A stretch of 64,000 nt of DNA from Asterias rubens. Taxonomy: Eukaryota. Of the stretch, positions 13,129-25,088 are shown in pieces. Where the stretch lies: positions 704,762 through 768,761 of the forward strand of contig NC_047064.1 of the NCBI RefSeq assembly GCF_902459465.1, in the 5' to 3' direction. A model generated the notes under the pieces. It did no database searches, had not been told where the DNA came from, and saw nothing but the letters and a program-made list of their open reading frames with translations. Each line of letters begins with the position of its first letter. Positions within the stretch are counted from its first letter, which is position 1. The position numbers and the translations under genes are program-made.

Positions 13129-14429
13129 TCACAGTCACAGGGGAGCCTTGTAGTTTCTTGAAGTATCGTGCGGTACAAACTTACGCACAGTGTATACGGG
13201 TGGGTTTTTATACAGCGGCGGTCCTTTTTCGGAGTGAATAATTCGACTGCCTTTAGCAAGGCTATCACACAGAGTATACACATTGGCTGGTCATCAGAGA
13301 TGATCAGAGGTTGGTTGAGAGAGTTGGCAATGGCGAATGGCAGTGTGAGTGTGTAATCACTGACGACGACGTCCATTAAACTTACCTTTTCTGTTTCGTT
13401 TTGACTTCGGCATTTCTGAATCCTATTCTATAATGCGTAATTCAGGAGAATTCTTTCACAAGATTACACAATAGAAATATGCCTGAATTTTCTTTCATTA
13501 AAAGTTGAAAATAGCTTACCTTTGCAGTTTGCTTTGTTGTTTTGCCTGTAGTTTTTAATTTTACACCAAGTTTTGTGTAAAGACATGAGTAGTTTGGTAC
13601 CCATACCAAGGTGAACCAAAACTACCACACTTTACGTTTGGAGTTTAGACCTTAAATTTTAGTAACGGCTGTTGCATGAAAATAGTAGGGTTTGATTTGC
13701 AAAAGAGGGTTTGGTAACAATTAATAAATTCAAAAACACATTGAAATATGCTATTAAGACAAAATAAGTCACATTGGTCTTTTATTTTGTATTGAATGAT
13801 ACGAACACAAAGAACAAAATATAAATAGTTTATAGTTTTGCAACAGTCGTCGTATCTTAACAAGCCTAACTAGGAAGCTCTGTCGCCGTGATTTATTGCA
13901 CATTAAAATAGCTGTTTGTGCGATAGAATTTCCTAGTGTAGTAACTGTGTGTTTTGGTTCCAGGGAGGGTATGTGGGCAACCAAGGAAGTGATGGTGCAA
14001 TAGTTTGCAATAAATAGTAAGACAAAATTAGAAGTTAGCAGTTTACATCGTCCAAGTATGGTGCTGAGATCGGGATGATAAACTAGAATGTTCTGAACTA
14101 CGTTGAATAACATCCATGGTCAATCGTCAGCCTACTAATAAAAACTGTCTCCACTACCAATACCATACACAAATAAGATAAGTCGGGGTCGGAAGTACCA
14201 GCTCCAGAGAGAGAGAGAGGAGGGGCGTAGCGTAGCAGGTTGTGAGAAGTTGTTTACTTCCTTCTACTTCACAGTCCTAATTGAGTTGAGGGTAAGAGTA
14301 AAGATGATAAGTAAGATGATGTAAAGATGATGTAAGAGTAAAGATCTTTGGTAAGACGGTTGTGTATAGTCTGTTTTAAAAATGATGAGATGGTCGTAAA
14401 TTATTATTATGAATGGCTTCAATCATTTT

Positions 14430-14830
14430 GGATAACTTTCCTTATTTATGGCGCCACCACATTTTCACTCATTTTTACAAAAAGGGATAGGATAACTTTC
14501 CGTATGGCGCCACCACTTTTTCACTCATTTTTACAAAAAGGGATATCTCATTGAGGTAAATTAGAATTTGATATTTTTTCATATCGAATGAAAAAGTGGT
14601 GGCGCCATACGGAAACTTTTCCAAGGGATATCTCATTGAGGTAAATTAGATACTATATTATTTAATATCAAATGAAAAGTGGTGGGTGCCATAGGGAAAC
14701 TTTTCCGTAAAGATATCTGTATCCTGCCACCACTTATCACTCATTTTTACCAATTTAATTGAGTAAATTAGATACTTATTTATTTCATAACGAATAAAAA
14801 AGTGATGCTATAGGAATTGGGATATTTTAT
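14430..14830. mobile_element. Cluster of 4-5 tandem or nested copies of the family-3 hairpin MITE, immediately upstream of the TEP1 ATG
   Basis: Units of 'ggataactttccgtatggcgccaccactttttcactcatttttacaaaaagggatatctcattgaggtaaattag…' recur with inverted partners. The cluster ends about 80 bp before ATG 14907. Confidence 0.7.
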
Positions 14831-14906
14831 ATACATATAAATTTTCCCCCAAGACAGCAGCATTTATATGTTATTAATTGTGCTTTCATTCAGGAATTGA
14901 GACATC

Positions 14907-15608
14907 ATGAAGACTGAACTCAAGTCACGTTTAGACAACCCTCTTCTGACGTCATCAAGACAGAGCGGTATAGGTAGCCTCACCTCGGGCCCTAGGCTCT
15001 CTTCTTCATTAGTTAATCCTCTCCTACAGTCAATGAGCAGTAAATCTACTGAGATTGGATCAAGGTATGCCCCTTCCAAGGATAAGAATGCGACGGGGTC
15101 TTACTCCAGCTTCAAGCCAGTCTCGCTCAATCTGAAGCAAGAATCTCTCAGCCTTCAGAGTAATCGCCTCCTTCTTGGATCCAAGTTGACACCTCTCACA
15201 TCCTCTTTGCTCAGCACGTCTAAAACCAGCAGTCTCCAAGGAGGCTCTTACAAAACGACCCTCTCCACAAAGTCTCCTCTCATCAACCAGTCGACAAGTC
15301 TAGGCTCTAGCTCCTTAAAGAAACCTACAGTTACTAATACATTGATAAAGCCTTCCCAGCAAAGACAAGTGAAACCAGCTGGGTTTCAGCAACCCTCTCA
15401 CCTCCCTAAGAAGGCTGTTGCAGAGAACAGACAGGTTCTTATTGATGAGACGGTGGGGAACTTTGAAATTCCTGATTATGATTTTCACTTTGATGTCAAA
15501 GAGAGAGATGATCAGTTTTGGGGACAGGATGACGAGACTTCATTTGAAACTGTAAATCCTGAATTGTTGTCGTTGATGATTTCATCAGAAGATATCAACT
15601 CAAAGAAG
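14907..15608 (+). CDS. TEP1: TEP1-like exon 1 (ATG 14907; Ser/Thr/Leu-rich N-terminal region, 234 codons)
   Basis: The long ORF MKTELKSRLDNPLL…EDINSKK ends at an AAG|GTAAAT donor (15609). The phase-0 end is compatible with the downstream exons. The N-terminus is not conserved with vertebrate TEP1, so assigning the start is an inference. Confidence 0.55.
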
Positions 15609-16349
15609 GTAAATCTTCGGAGAAAACTTCAAGTATCAATTTTTTTCTTCACTTGTTTAAATTTGATAAGTAGGACTGATCATGCTGAAAACTCTATAAT
15701 GTTTTCTTTTCTTTTTATGTTGATCAGCCAAACTTTTGTTTATTTTTATTTAATAACCAATGTTGCCAATACAAATCTAAACATTCACAATTTGATTTTT
15801 ACCCCCACCAAAGTTATAAATATAATTTGTCAAGAAGCTCTGCTCCATGATGTATTTCTTGTACACTAGTTTGATGCTGTATGTCAACCTCTTACATCAG
15901 CCATTGATTCATATTATGGTATGACAGCCAGGCTATGATCCTTGTAGCCAGGCTATAATTCATGTAGTGTGATAGCCAGGCTATGAAGTCCAGGGTGACA
16001 GACTAGCCAGGCCCTGTGCTTGATGATTCACCATGGATGCATGCATTACAACACACTTGATTACAATGTATGGTGTAATAATCATCTTATCTTGTTCAAA
16101 CCAACATGGCCCTATTTCGTTCAAACCAGCATGGCCCTATTTCGTTTAAGCAGAAAATACTTCTTGACAACTTTCTTTGTTAATCATTAAATGAGTGGGG
16201 CACCAGTTGCATTTATGTAAACTTAGAGCAAAATTTTTCTGTGCTGAGCAAATTTAAATGCGCACAGACTTTATGAAATTGGACCCTGCTCAGCTGAAAG
16301 ACTTAGGCTCCTTCAAATACTTTAAAACATTTGGTACAGAGCTATAAAC

Positions 16350-16420
16350 AGCCAGACACAACCTAAGCCATAGCCAGACACAACCTAAGCCATAGCCAGA
16401 CACAACCTAAGCCACAGCCA
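16350..16420 (+). repeat. 3× tandem 22-bp unit (AGCCAGACACAACCTAAGCCAT) in TEP1 intron 1
   Basis: Visible directly; a second 21-bp 2× duplication lies at 16107-16150. Confidence 0.8.
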
Positions 16421-16887
16421 AAGCGGAATCTAGATTTGCTAAGCAGACGAAAGACAAACTACCAGCCAAAATACCAAGGGATATATATTGTAACTCTGGC
16501 TCCCAAAAAGTGTCTCCTGAAAGTGTATAATACAAAATTTGCTAAGCAACATTTTCTTCAAGTTAGTGAACTGTGTCTCTGATGTCATAAAAAGTTCATA
16601 CAAACCACCCCTTCCAAATCTAATATTAATACAAGGCTAGATCTTTCTACATAATTTCGCCATCGTTTTTTTCATTTCACATTTTCAAACTATTTTAAAA
16701 AATGTATTGGAATGTTATTTCATTCAAATGTATAGGCCTAGGCCTAAAGCATTTTGTTCTGCATGTAGGCCCAACTCTTTTTTAGATTGAAATGGACAAA
16801 CGTTAGGCTATTTGAACATTTTCCACTTTTATTCTAATGATTCAATGAAGTAAATAAGTTGTTTCTTCCTTTCCTTCTCACGATTAG

Positions 16888-17022
16888 AGATCTTTTATAA
16901 ACATGATCAGCTCAGCATTGATTCACAGTCCCCATCTTGAGTCAAGAAAGGATGCAACAAGAACAGCTCTGATTAAAGAAGCCAACCCAGTCATCCTGTC
17001 AGATCCTGAATTCATCCTCAAG
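16888..17022 (+). CDS. TEP1: TEP1-like exon 2 (RSFINMISSALIHSPHLESRKDATRTALIKEANPVILSDPEFILK)
   Basis: The acceptor is gattAG|AGA (16886-87), just after an in-frame stop. The donor is AAG|GTTGGT (17023). The exon is in phase 0 to 0. Alternative acceptors at 16907 or 16926 are possible. Confidence 0.45.
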
Positions 17023-17459
17023 GTTGGTTCAAAGGGTTTACTCAGACTTCAAGAGAATATCTTCATTAGAAGAACTATTTATCTTTACTGTAGAAGAACT
17101 AAAAACTATGAGGGATAACATTAGTTATTTACTCTTATTGCCAAGGACTTTTAGAAAAGAGAACTTAAAGGGCCACGTTGCCTCGGATCTGTCGAGTTGG
17201 TCTATGAAAAGTGTTTGAAACCGTTTGTTATAAAATGCATATGGTTGGAAATATGGTTTAAAAGTAGAATATAATGATCTGCAAAAATATGCCTCGAAAA
17301 TGCATGGTTTTCCTTTTATTTTGCAAACTAACACGGTCGGCCATTTTGTGGAGTAAAACATTTTACTTATTCATTTTATAACAAACGGTTTCAAATACTT
17401 TTCATAGACCAATTCACCCGATCCAAGGCAACGCACACTTTTAATCACTGTACTAGGCA

Positions 17460-17700
17460 AGGACACTGGAGAAAACATAAAAGGAAGTGTCAGTTTTAGA
17501 TGTGGTGGAAAACATGCAGTCAGGTGGTAGGGACTGAAAACCCAATCCACATAATTCCCCCTGCAGGATTTGCACAGGGGTCCTAGAGGTGGAAGCCAAC
17601 CTGCATTTATGTGAGCATAGCCACAAACTATGGAGCACCTCCTGAAATGCCCCCTACTGGAACAAGAATGCAAAACTGAGGACCCTGCAGAGTACAATGA
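17460..17700 (-). mobile_element. tRNA-derived SINE (reverse; family with 'gggattcgaacc/ggtcctagaggtggaag')
   Basis: It is similar to 36290-36500 and 42390-42535 (tgtcagttttagatgtgg…actgaaaaccca…cctagaggtggaag…). Confidence 0.6.
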
Positions 17701-17894
17701 TATTGCTAGGAGCTGTGTTCAGTTCTGGCTGAAACACAATATCTAGTGTGTATGGACACGATAAGAAAAAGCCAACCCGACCATCCTAAAATTGCATCTC
17801 TTTCCATTAGGAAAGAGAGAGAGAAACCAAATCATATTTGTTCATTTCTTCATCCTAAAGTTAACCCTTATTCCCTCCATACTTCTCCTTGCAG

Positions 17895-18056
17895 GTTGCT
17901 TTGTATACTCGACGTGAATTAAACATCCGAACTGCTGCCAACTTTCTGCTGGCCCTGGCTGCCAATCATCGTGAATGTCGACCTTACATGAAGAAATACT
18001 TCCAGAAGTCCATCGTTCTCCCGTCTGACTGGGCATCTGTAGCTGACTTATATCTT
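17895..18056 (+). CDS. TEP1: TEP1-like exon 3, TROVE region (VALYTRRELNIRTAANFLLALAANHRECRPYMKKYFQKSIVLPSDWASVADLYL)
   Basis: The acceptor is ttgcAG|GTT and the donor CTT|GTAAGC. The exon is 54 codons in phase 0 to 0, with a TROVE-like 'FLLALAA' motif. Confidence 0.7.
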
Positions 18057-18245
18057 GTAAGCTTGAATTTACCAAATTTTTTACCACATGGGATGCTTTC
18101 AGTGGCAAAATTCTTGCATCAGTCAGTCAGTTGAGCGAGAGGTTGTTTTTATCCAATGCCTTCTCGGGAAACTCTGGATGTGCATAACAATTACTACAGT
18201 TTGTGATATTGCTAACAAATTATTTTTAATTTGTTTTCTCCGCAG

Positions 18246-18342
18246 ACATTCCACGACAAAAACCTGAGCTATAAGTCGCTGCCTTCTGCTCTTCGTAAAG
18301 TGATGGTTGCAAAGTTTCCTGACTTTGACACTTATCAGTTGG
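18246..18342 (+). CDS. TEP1: TEP1-like exon 4 (TFHDKNLSYKSLPSALRKVMVAKFPDFDTYQLG)
   Basis: The acceptor is ccgcAG|ACA and the donor TTGG|GTAAGA. The exon ends in phase 1. Confidence 0.7.
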
Positions 18343-18899
18343 GTAAGAGAAAAGAATCCAAGAAAGCTTGGTCCCAGTTTGATTCATCTGTGTCAAACCA
18401 AATTCAAATTATGATCTATGTTTGTAAAGAGGGAGGCCGGTTACCAGGAGAAAATGGGGATGCCGTTTATCAGGGAGGAACGGGGAAGGAATGTTTTTTT
18501 ATTTTTTTTTTTCACTTTAAAAAGCCTATTTTGAGTGCTTTAGGGTTTAAAGAACCTTTTAAAAAAAAACCATTTTGATTAAGAATATAGGGAAACAACT
18601 CTAAACAACTTTAAATATCTCTTGTATATAATCTTGATTACCTCCCATCCACTCACACCATACAAACCTTGCTGATCAGTTGTGGTTATGAAACAAAGTA
18701 AAAACAGTGCACCTCTAAAGGTTACTCAGCATTCTCCTGAAGTTGATCAGAGCGTGCTGATTGAAACGTTGAGTTATTAAGCACCGGTTCTTTTCAGATC
18801 CAACACTACTCCAAAGAGATTTTCACATAGTGTTACCGCAAACCTCTCTAGTTATATTTCCAACATGCAAAGTTTAAAATCCTAAATCTCATCTCACAG

Positions 18900-19182
18900 G
18901 CAAATACAACAAGACAAAAAAGAAGGCATCTAAGAAGAAATACATCAAAAAGAAGAAACCACCACAGGAGAATGATGAGGAGGCAGACGGAGACGGGGAT
19001 GGTGAGGAAGGAGGGAGTGAGGATGAGGCGGGTGGAGCTAAGAAGGAAGAAGCTGAAGATGACATCCATGCTGATAGCGATGATGATGTTGATCTATGTG
19101 ATCATTACACTCTTAAGCAGCTCATTAGGAAGCTACACATCATGGAACCAGTAGAGAGTGTTATGGGCCTCGTTGGCAAAAA
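18900..19182 (+). CDS. TEP1: TEP1-like exon 5: poly-Lys then acidic stretch, then LKQLIRKLHIMEPVESVMGLVGKK
   Basis: The acceptor is cacAG|GC, which completes the Gly codon from exon 4. The donor is AA|GTTAGA. The 'LKQLIRKLHI.EP' segment matches the vertebrate TEP1 TROVE region (as I recall it). Confidence 0.7.
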
Positions 19183-19484
19183 GTTAGAATCACTTCATAT
19201 TTTCTTCATTTTCTTCTTCAATAAGTCAGATTTAGGTTTACCTTAAGGAAACTATCTTAGATAATTATAATGATTTGTAAATAATTTGAGATTTACATTC
19301 CAACACCCTGTACACAAAAGTAATCAAAAGCGCATGACAAATCTGAAAATTTACTGTCTTTCTCCGCTGAAAAACACTGGGGCTTGATAGTTTGAAACAT
19401 ACACCATGCAATGCCTCAATGTCTGTTTTTTGTTTGTGTTTTTTGGGGGAAGTGTTTTGACCCTCTTTCTTTGGTAATAATCAG

Positions 19485-19642
19485 GTACCCAGAAGATCTG
19501 GAGTCTTTCTACAAGACACGCCTCCCAGGTACTTGGGACCCAGACCGTGCTGGCAAGAGAATGAGACTTCCAACACCAGAGACCTGGGAAACACAGATAT
19601 CGCAAACAGGAAACAAAGCCGCTACTTGGGAGCAACTTATAG
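19485..19642 (+). CDS. TEP1: TEP1-like exon 6 (YPEDLESFYKTRLPGTWDPDRAGKRMRLPTPETWETQISQTGNKAATWEQLI)
   Basis: The acceptor is atcAG|GTA and the donor ATAG|GTCAGA. 'GNKAATWEQLI' matches vertebrate TEP1 'GNKASVWEELI'. Confidence 0.8.
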
Positions 19643-19918
19643 GTCAGACAAGTTTATTTAAACTCTTAAGAATTCCTTTTGTTCGTTTTGTTTCATTCAA
19701 CATCCATTTTTTTCTGTGATTTGATTTTGTTGTGTTTGGTTTATTGAAATTATTATTATTATTTATTCGGCCAAGATTTCAACTAACAGTACAAGATACA
19801 ATATTACCGTACTAAAGAAATATAACAGTATAAGAAACAATGAGTGTAAACTTATGACGCCTAGAACAAAATCAAAATAAACTCAAAATAATAAAAATAA
19901 AACAAAATAAAATCATAG

Positions 19919-20288
19919 AGGCATTGGACACCTTTGGTAATTGTCAAAGACCAGTCTTCTCACTTGGTGTATCCCAACATGCATAAAATAACAAACCTGT
20001 GAAAGTTTGGGCTCAACTGGACATCGCAGTTGCAAGAGAATAATGAAAGAAGAACACCCTTGTTGCATTACTTTGTGTGCTTTGGATGCATAATAAAAGG
20101 CTTCAGCCAAGGTCTGTTATTATTTGAGTGAGAAATTACTTCGTTCTCAAAAACTATGTTACCTCAGAGGAGCAGTTTCTCACAATGTTTTGTACTATCA
20201 ACAGCTCTCCATTGCTCGTTACCAAGTAATTTTTTAATGCTAACAATTATTTGAGTAATTACCAATAGTGTCCAGTTCCTTAAAGTAC
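19919..20288 (-). mobile_element. MITE family 1 copy (reverse orientation) in TEP1 intron 6
   Basis: It has the same TIRs (…ggcattggacacctttggtaattg … caattaccaatagtgtccagttcc) and the same internal sequence as 36790-37175. Confidence 0.75.
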
Positions 20289-20405
20289 CATTATTAGCAA
20301 AGTTCTTTTTCAGGAGTGTATTTCTATATAACTGATATGGCGCTTTACAAATGTCCATTATTATTCTTCTTATTGTTGGGATCTTTCTGAACTTATACAA
20401 TACAG

Positions 20406-20612
20406 ATCATAAGAAGCTTCCGTTTATGGCCATGCTGAGAAACTTGCGTAACATGACGGTGGCCGGTGTCGGGCCCAAGTACCAGGCATGGATTATCCGT
20501 AAACTTACCGATGAGCAAACGGTGATTAACAGCAAGCAGTTTCCATTACGCTTCTTCTCAGCGTACGACGTACTGGACACTATGGAACTAAATCTGAAAC
20601 AATCTGAAGGAA
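20406..20612 (+). CDS. TEP1: TEP1-like exon 7, TROVE core (DHKKLPFMAMLRNLRNMTVAGVGPKYQAWIIRKLTDEQTVINSKQFPLRFFSAYDVLDTMELNLKQSEG)
   Basis: The acceptor is tacAG|AT and the donor GGAA|GTAAGT. 'KLPFMAMLRNL…SKQFPLRF' is the TROVE signature shared by TEP1, Ro60 and vault. Confidence 0.85.
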
Positions 20613-21113
20613 GTAAGTGTTGATTACTTGAGTGTCTGGGATCACTGTTTGAAACTGTTTTCGAAGTATCTTTCTAATAATGTGCATTGGTTGAGATAGT
20701 TGGCTGAATTCATGGGTATCAATTCATTGCTCGTCGTGGTGGAGTGGTCTGGAAAATCAAGTTCTAATGGCTGAGTTATCAGAGTGTGGGTTAAAATCCT
20801 TGTCAAGTAAACACGCATGTGTTCTTGGGCAAAACACTTGACTCTTGCTTCTCATCACCCAGGACATCATAGTGCATGTGAGGGTACAGATTTGTTGTGA
20901 ATAATTATCAACCTCAATTGAGCTGCTAGTGCTGCATGAACAGGCTGTGTTAATAGTGTGAGGCGCTTTTTACACAATGTTGAAAAGTGCCTTATAAATG
21001 CCTACTTTTGTTTTCATCATTTGTCTAATAAACTGCTGAATTTATATCCATTGACATGAAACAGCTGACAAAACCAAATTATCATGAATGATGTTTTCTT
21101 TGTTTGTGCAAAG

Positions 21114-21255
21114 TTGAAACTCCGGCAGAGCCAAGTGTGGATGTTGGTAGAGGGCGTGGCCGTGGTGGCCAGCAAGGGCGTGGTCGAGGTCGTGCTCGAG
21201 GAAGGGGTGGACGCCAAAGTGCAGGACAAGGAAAGCGAAAAGTAGGAAAGCCAAA
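21114..21255 (+). CDS. TEP1: TEP1-like exon 8: RGG/Arg-Gly-rich insert (IETPAEPSVDVGRGRGRGGQQGRGRGRARGRGGRQSAGQGKRKVGKPK)
   Basis: The acceptor is caaAG|TT and the donor AA|GTAAGT. The phases link exons 7 and 9 exactly. Confidence 0.7.
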
Positions 21256-21816
21256 GTAAGTACGGCAAATGTTTTTTGCCTCTTTAAGGTATGTTGCTTT
21301 GGTATGCATCATTGATATAAGGTTAATCGATTACTAACATGAAACTCAGTTGAGAATTTACGAACTATGTCCGATAACTCATATACCACAGTTTGATTAA
21401 GCAGTCCTATTGGTTAAAAGGAGGTCACATGACTGTTTAAGTCAGGTTTAAAACGGCTGATCAAGACATCTGTAGCTGTGAATAGGTGTTCATAGCCAAA
21501 GGCGTAATGCGTCCTGAAAAACAAAGGCTGCCTAATATGAAACTTAGTGTCCCTTCTCACTTAATTTGAGCCACACAAGCTCCAAACTAATGAGACACTG
21601 TCATTATTTTAATAAAATAACCTCAGCCGATTTTCTACTTCCACCCAGGTAGTAGTTAAATAGCAGTACAGTTCTTTTTTAGAACAATCTACTCTGTGGT
21701 AGTAGAATATATAGCAAGACAGTTTGCTAAAGAACAAACTCTACCTGGCAAGTAGATGAACACATGGTGTTACCGCCAACCAAATACTAACAGATTGAAA
21801 TGGATTCCTTTTTTAG

Positions 21817-21991
21817 GGAAATCAAATATACACAAGAGTTGCTGTCTCGGTATCGTAAGGCCTTGGATACAGCAGTAAAGATCTCCACACGTCACAATGT
21901 CAAGCCAATCCGTGGGAAGACTTATATCTACTGTGATGTTGGACCCAAGATGGACACCTTTGGCTGGACTGGCTCCTCTTACTGGGAAAAG
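21817..21991 (+). CDS. TEP1: TEP1-like exon 9 (KEIKYTQELLSRYRKALDTAVKISTRHNVKPIRGKTYIYCDVGPKMDTFGWTGSSYWEK)
   Basis: The acceptor is tttAG|G and the donor AAG|GTTTGT. 'LLSRYRKALDTAVKIS' matches vertebrate TEP1 'MLNRYRQALETAVNLS'. Confidence 0.8.
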
Positions 21992-22536
21992 GTTTGTAAA
22001 TTCTGCCTTCTTTTCAAAGTGTGTCCAATATTGACCACCTACAAATCTTGATTGAGCCAAATTGCCAGTATGTTTGGCGGATGTGGCTATGGCTGCAACT
22101 GTTGCTATGGGGACTATAAGTTTCACTGCCTGTTTACGTGACGATCAAGCCACAGTCACTGATTCTGACATGGCCTTTACTCTGCATTGAGCGGTTTAGG
22201 AAACACTTGCTCATTATGTCTTTACAGAAATTTTGACAATGCATTTTATGGCAATAAAAATGCACTGGCAATGCGTTATAGCAACGCGTAAACATAACAG
22301 TACATGTACATACCAAGCAATACACAATTCCATGTATCCATTGTGCTTACTTCATTATCCGTAAAAATTGTGTACATTGCTTGCCGATTTTCTTCATTTT
22401 ATAGGATTTTGGATTATGCATTATGCACAGCGCATTACAGACACTTTGATTTCCGGCCTTTTGTCACAAATAAAGTGAGATTTTCTTCAGTTCCTGTGTG
22501 TAACGAGAATATTTGATTTTGTTTTGTTTTTTACAG

Positions 22537-22689
22537 TTGAGAGAAATGGCCATTCTTCTAGGATTGATGTGTAAGCATTCCTGCGAAGATTGTCTGCTGA
22601 CTGCTTATGGGGTCAATAACCAGAGGGTCATTGAACTGGAGAAGGGTACCATCTTAGATAATATCAAGAGTGTTGTGGCATATGCTCAG
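22537..22689 (+). CDS. TEP1: TEP1-like exon 10, vWA-like part of TROVE (LREMAILLGLMCKHSCEDCLLTAYGVNNQRVIELEKGTILDNIKSVVAYAQ)
   Basis: The acceptor is ttacAG|TTG and the donor CAG|GTAAAT. The exon is in phase 0 to 0. Confidence 0.8.
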
Positions 22690-23034
22690 GTAAATCAAAC
22701 AAGAGTTGGTGTTTCTATGCTACTTTCAGAATTTTGTAATTATAAATAATAAAAACAATAAAGGAACTTATCAAGGGCAGTATTGTCGCAAAACAGCCTC
22801 TAAGCTCTGTGTACAAAAATAAAGCTAGATTAAAAAGAAAAATACTGAATCTTGATAATGGACAACAGTAAGTATCGCTCTACCCAGCTTGCAAAGGTAT
22901 TGTTTCTATTGCTTAAAACCTGCATAATTTGTGAACACTTTGAACAGTTTAAAGTATTGTTTTAGATTGAAAATTGGAGAAATAACTTCCACGTGAGTAA
23001 ATTTTGAGATTCATGCATTTTATAAAAATTTCAG

Positions 23035-23276
23035 GCTGTAGATGGGGATGACGTCAACTACTATACTGCTCCACCGAGCAAACTGAGCATGACATCTCTC
23101 TATGATGCTCTTCGTGATCGCATCCACATCGATAACTTAATCATCCTAGGACAAGATTACACCGAGGAAGGGACAGGATGGGAAGAACTGGAAAATTTTG
23201 TTGTCAAGTACAGACAGGTTGTCAATCCAAACCTTCTGTTTGTTCGCTTGGATTTTGATAAATACCATTATAGAAG
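23035..23276 (+). CDS. TEP1: TEP1-like exon 11 (AVDGDDVNYYTAPPSKLSMTSLYDALRDRIHIDNLIILGQDYTEEGTGWEELENFVVKYRQVVNPNLLFVRLDFDKYHYRR)
   Basis: The acceptor is ttcAG|GCT and the donor AG|GTAAGA. 'ILLGQ' and 'CLFVG'-type segments match vertebrate TEP1. Confidence 0.8.
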
Positions 23277-23991
23277 GTAAGAATGTTAGTCGTCACGTAG
23301 GACTTATACACTGATGTTATTATGCCAGAACCGTAACGAATCCCATCCCAATATTATGCCTTTAAGTTATTCCAGCTGGACTCGGAAAACACCGAGCATA
23401 ACTTATGAATATTAGAATCTGTTTATTTCTCTTTGTAAAATCGCAAGGAATTTTATAAAGATGATTTATCCAAACCGACTATGATCGCCAGAACAACTGG
23501 AGACTGAATGGTCTAATGCACATTGCACAGTGTTCAAGTTCTGTTATTCACAGAGTGTGGGTTGGAATACCGACCTGGCTGGTCACAATGCTTGTGTTCT
23601 TTAAAGATACCTTACCATAATTGCTTTGTCCATCAGATGGGACGTTAAGCCATAAATCCTGTGTACAGGGATTCTTGTACTCAGAACACGTAGCGGGATT
23701 AACCCTGGTGTTTCTGGTTCACATAGAAAGCACCCTTGTTCACAGGTTTCCTCAGCATTGTAAGCTACATACAGTGACTAGGTTAAATTTTGAGGCATCT
23801 CTTAATTCATTACCAGAAATGTATAAGTAAGTAAAGTCTGTGGGTGACACTATGTACAAATCTCTTTTGTGAGTAGTGGTTGTAGCTCTGAGAAGAGCTG
23901 TTTCTGCTTCATGTTTGGATCAGTCTGACCATCTTCTGGAGAATGCTGGACTTAGAAATTAATAATAATATACTCCATTTCCTTCTTACAG

Positions 23992-24136
23992 CGAGAAGAA
24001 AAGCACTCATCCTAACGACATCTTAATGATGGGTTACAGTGATAACATCTTAAGATTCATTGCCGAAAGAGGTGACAGTGGGCAGTTGAATCATGTTGAG
24101 AATATTGATAAGGCGTATGGTCTCAGAGAGCTTCAG
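23992..24136 (+). CDS. TEP1: TEP1-like exon 12 (SEKKSTHPNDILMMGYSDNILRFIAERGDSGQLNHVENIDKAYGLRELQ)
   Basis: The acceptor is tacAG|C and the donor CAG|GTAGGA. 'ILRFIAERG' matches vertebrate 'ILKFIAEHG'. Confidence 0.8.
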
Positions 24137-24539
24137 GTAGGACCTTAGTAATATTTATAATAATAAAACAGCACTTAAAACCGCACAGCGACTTGAAAGT
24201 CTGTCAATCCAAACCATTTAACATAGCAACTGTCTAAATGTAAGCGGTACATTAATACTTGGCAAGTCATTGTACCAGAAATTATTCAAATCTAACTTGC
24301 AAATGGTTTATTCATTTCAAAGCAAATGTTTAATTTGCTTCAGGATAATAATAATAATAATGACATGTGACTTTATAAACTGTCTCAGAATTCCTAACTT
24401 CTTTGTGAAGTCTTCATACTTGAAGTTTAAGGTAGAGTACTTAAATGATAGGTTAATGGTAATATGATCAAATCCTGTCCTGATTAATCTTAATTTCATA
24501 TTTAAAAAAATGTTATTTGGATTGGATTATCTTTTTTAG

Positions 24540-24616
24540 GTTGCAGCGGTGGGATGCACAAAACAATCTTCAGGAGCTCCTGAGAAGCCCTTACCCCTTG
24601 CTGCACCACTACATAG
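24540..24616 (+). CDS. TEP1: TEP1-like exon 13 (VAAVGCTKQSSGAPEKPLPLAAPLH)
   Basis: The acceptor is tttAG|GTT and the donor CATAG|GTCAGA. The phase-2 end supplies the Arg that begins the next exon. A competing acceptor at 24546 breaks the downstream frame. Confidence 0.65.
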
Positions 24617-24718
24617 GTCAGACTCATTTAAAAAAATGTTGTTCATTTGTATTTTATTCATTAACTTTGTCGCTATTATCAATCTATAATCTTATTTACT
24701 TAATCCATAATTAACTTA

Positions 24719-25088
24719 ATTAAAGGCACTGGACAACTGAGTTTGGTAATTACTCAAAATTTGTATTTGCATAAAAGCTTACTTGGAAACAAGAAACAGA
24801 GCTGTTGATAATACAAAACATTGTGAGAAAAGACTTCCTCTGAAGTAGCATAGTTTTTGAGAAAGATATAATTTCTCACTAAAGTATTTTAATCTGCCAC
24901 AGACTTCAGGCATGAAGCCTATCTCAGCCATCTAAAAGCAAACATAATTTGTGTAACAACGGTGTTTTTTTCTTTCATTATTGTCTTGCAACTTCGATGA
25001 CCAGTTGAGTCCAGATTTGTTATTGCTCATTTTGGGATACACCAAGTGAGAATACTTGGCAATTACCTAATGTGTAAAGTGCCTTGAA
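24719..25088 (+). mobile_element. MITE family 1 copy in TEP1 intron 13
   Basis: It starts taaaggcactggacaactgagtttggtaattactcaaaa and ends …cttggcaattacctaatgtgtaaagtgcctt, sharing the internal motif 'ttgtgagaaa…ctctgaag'. Confidence 0.7.

Noticed and set aside
16903-17218. Reading the 71-aa and 64-aa ORFs as independent genes
   Set aside because: They are read-through of TEP1 exon 2 into its intron. Only 16888-17022 is retained as an exon.
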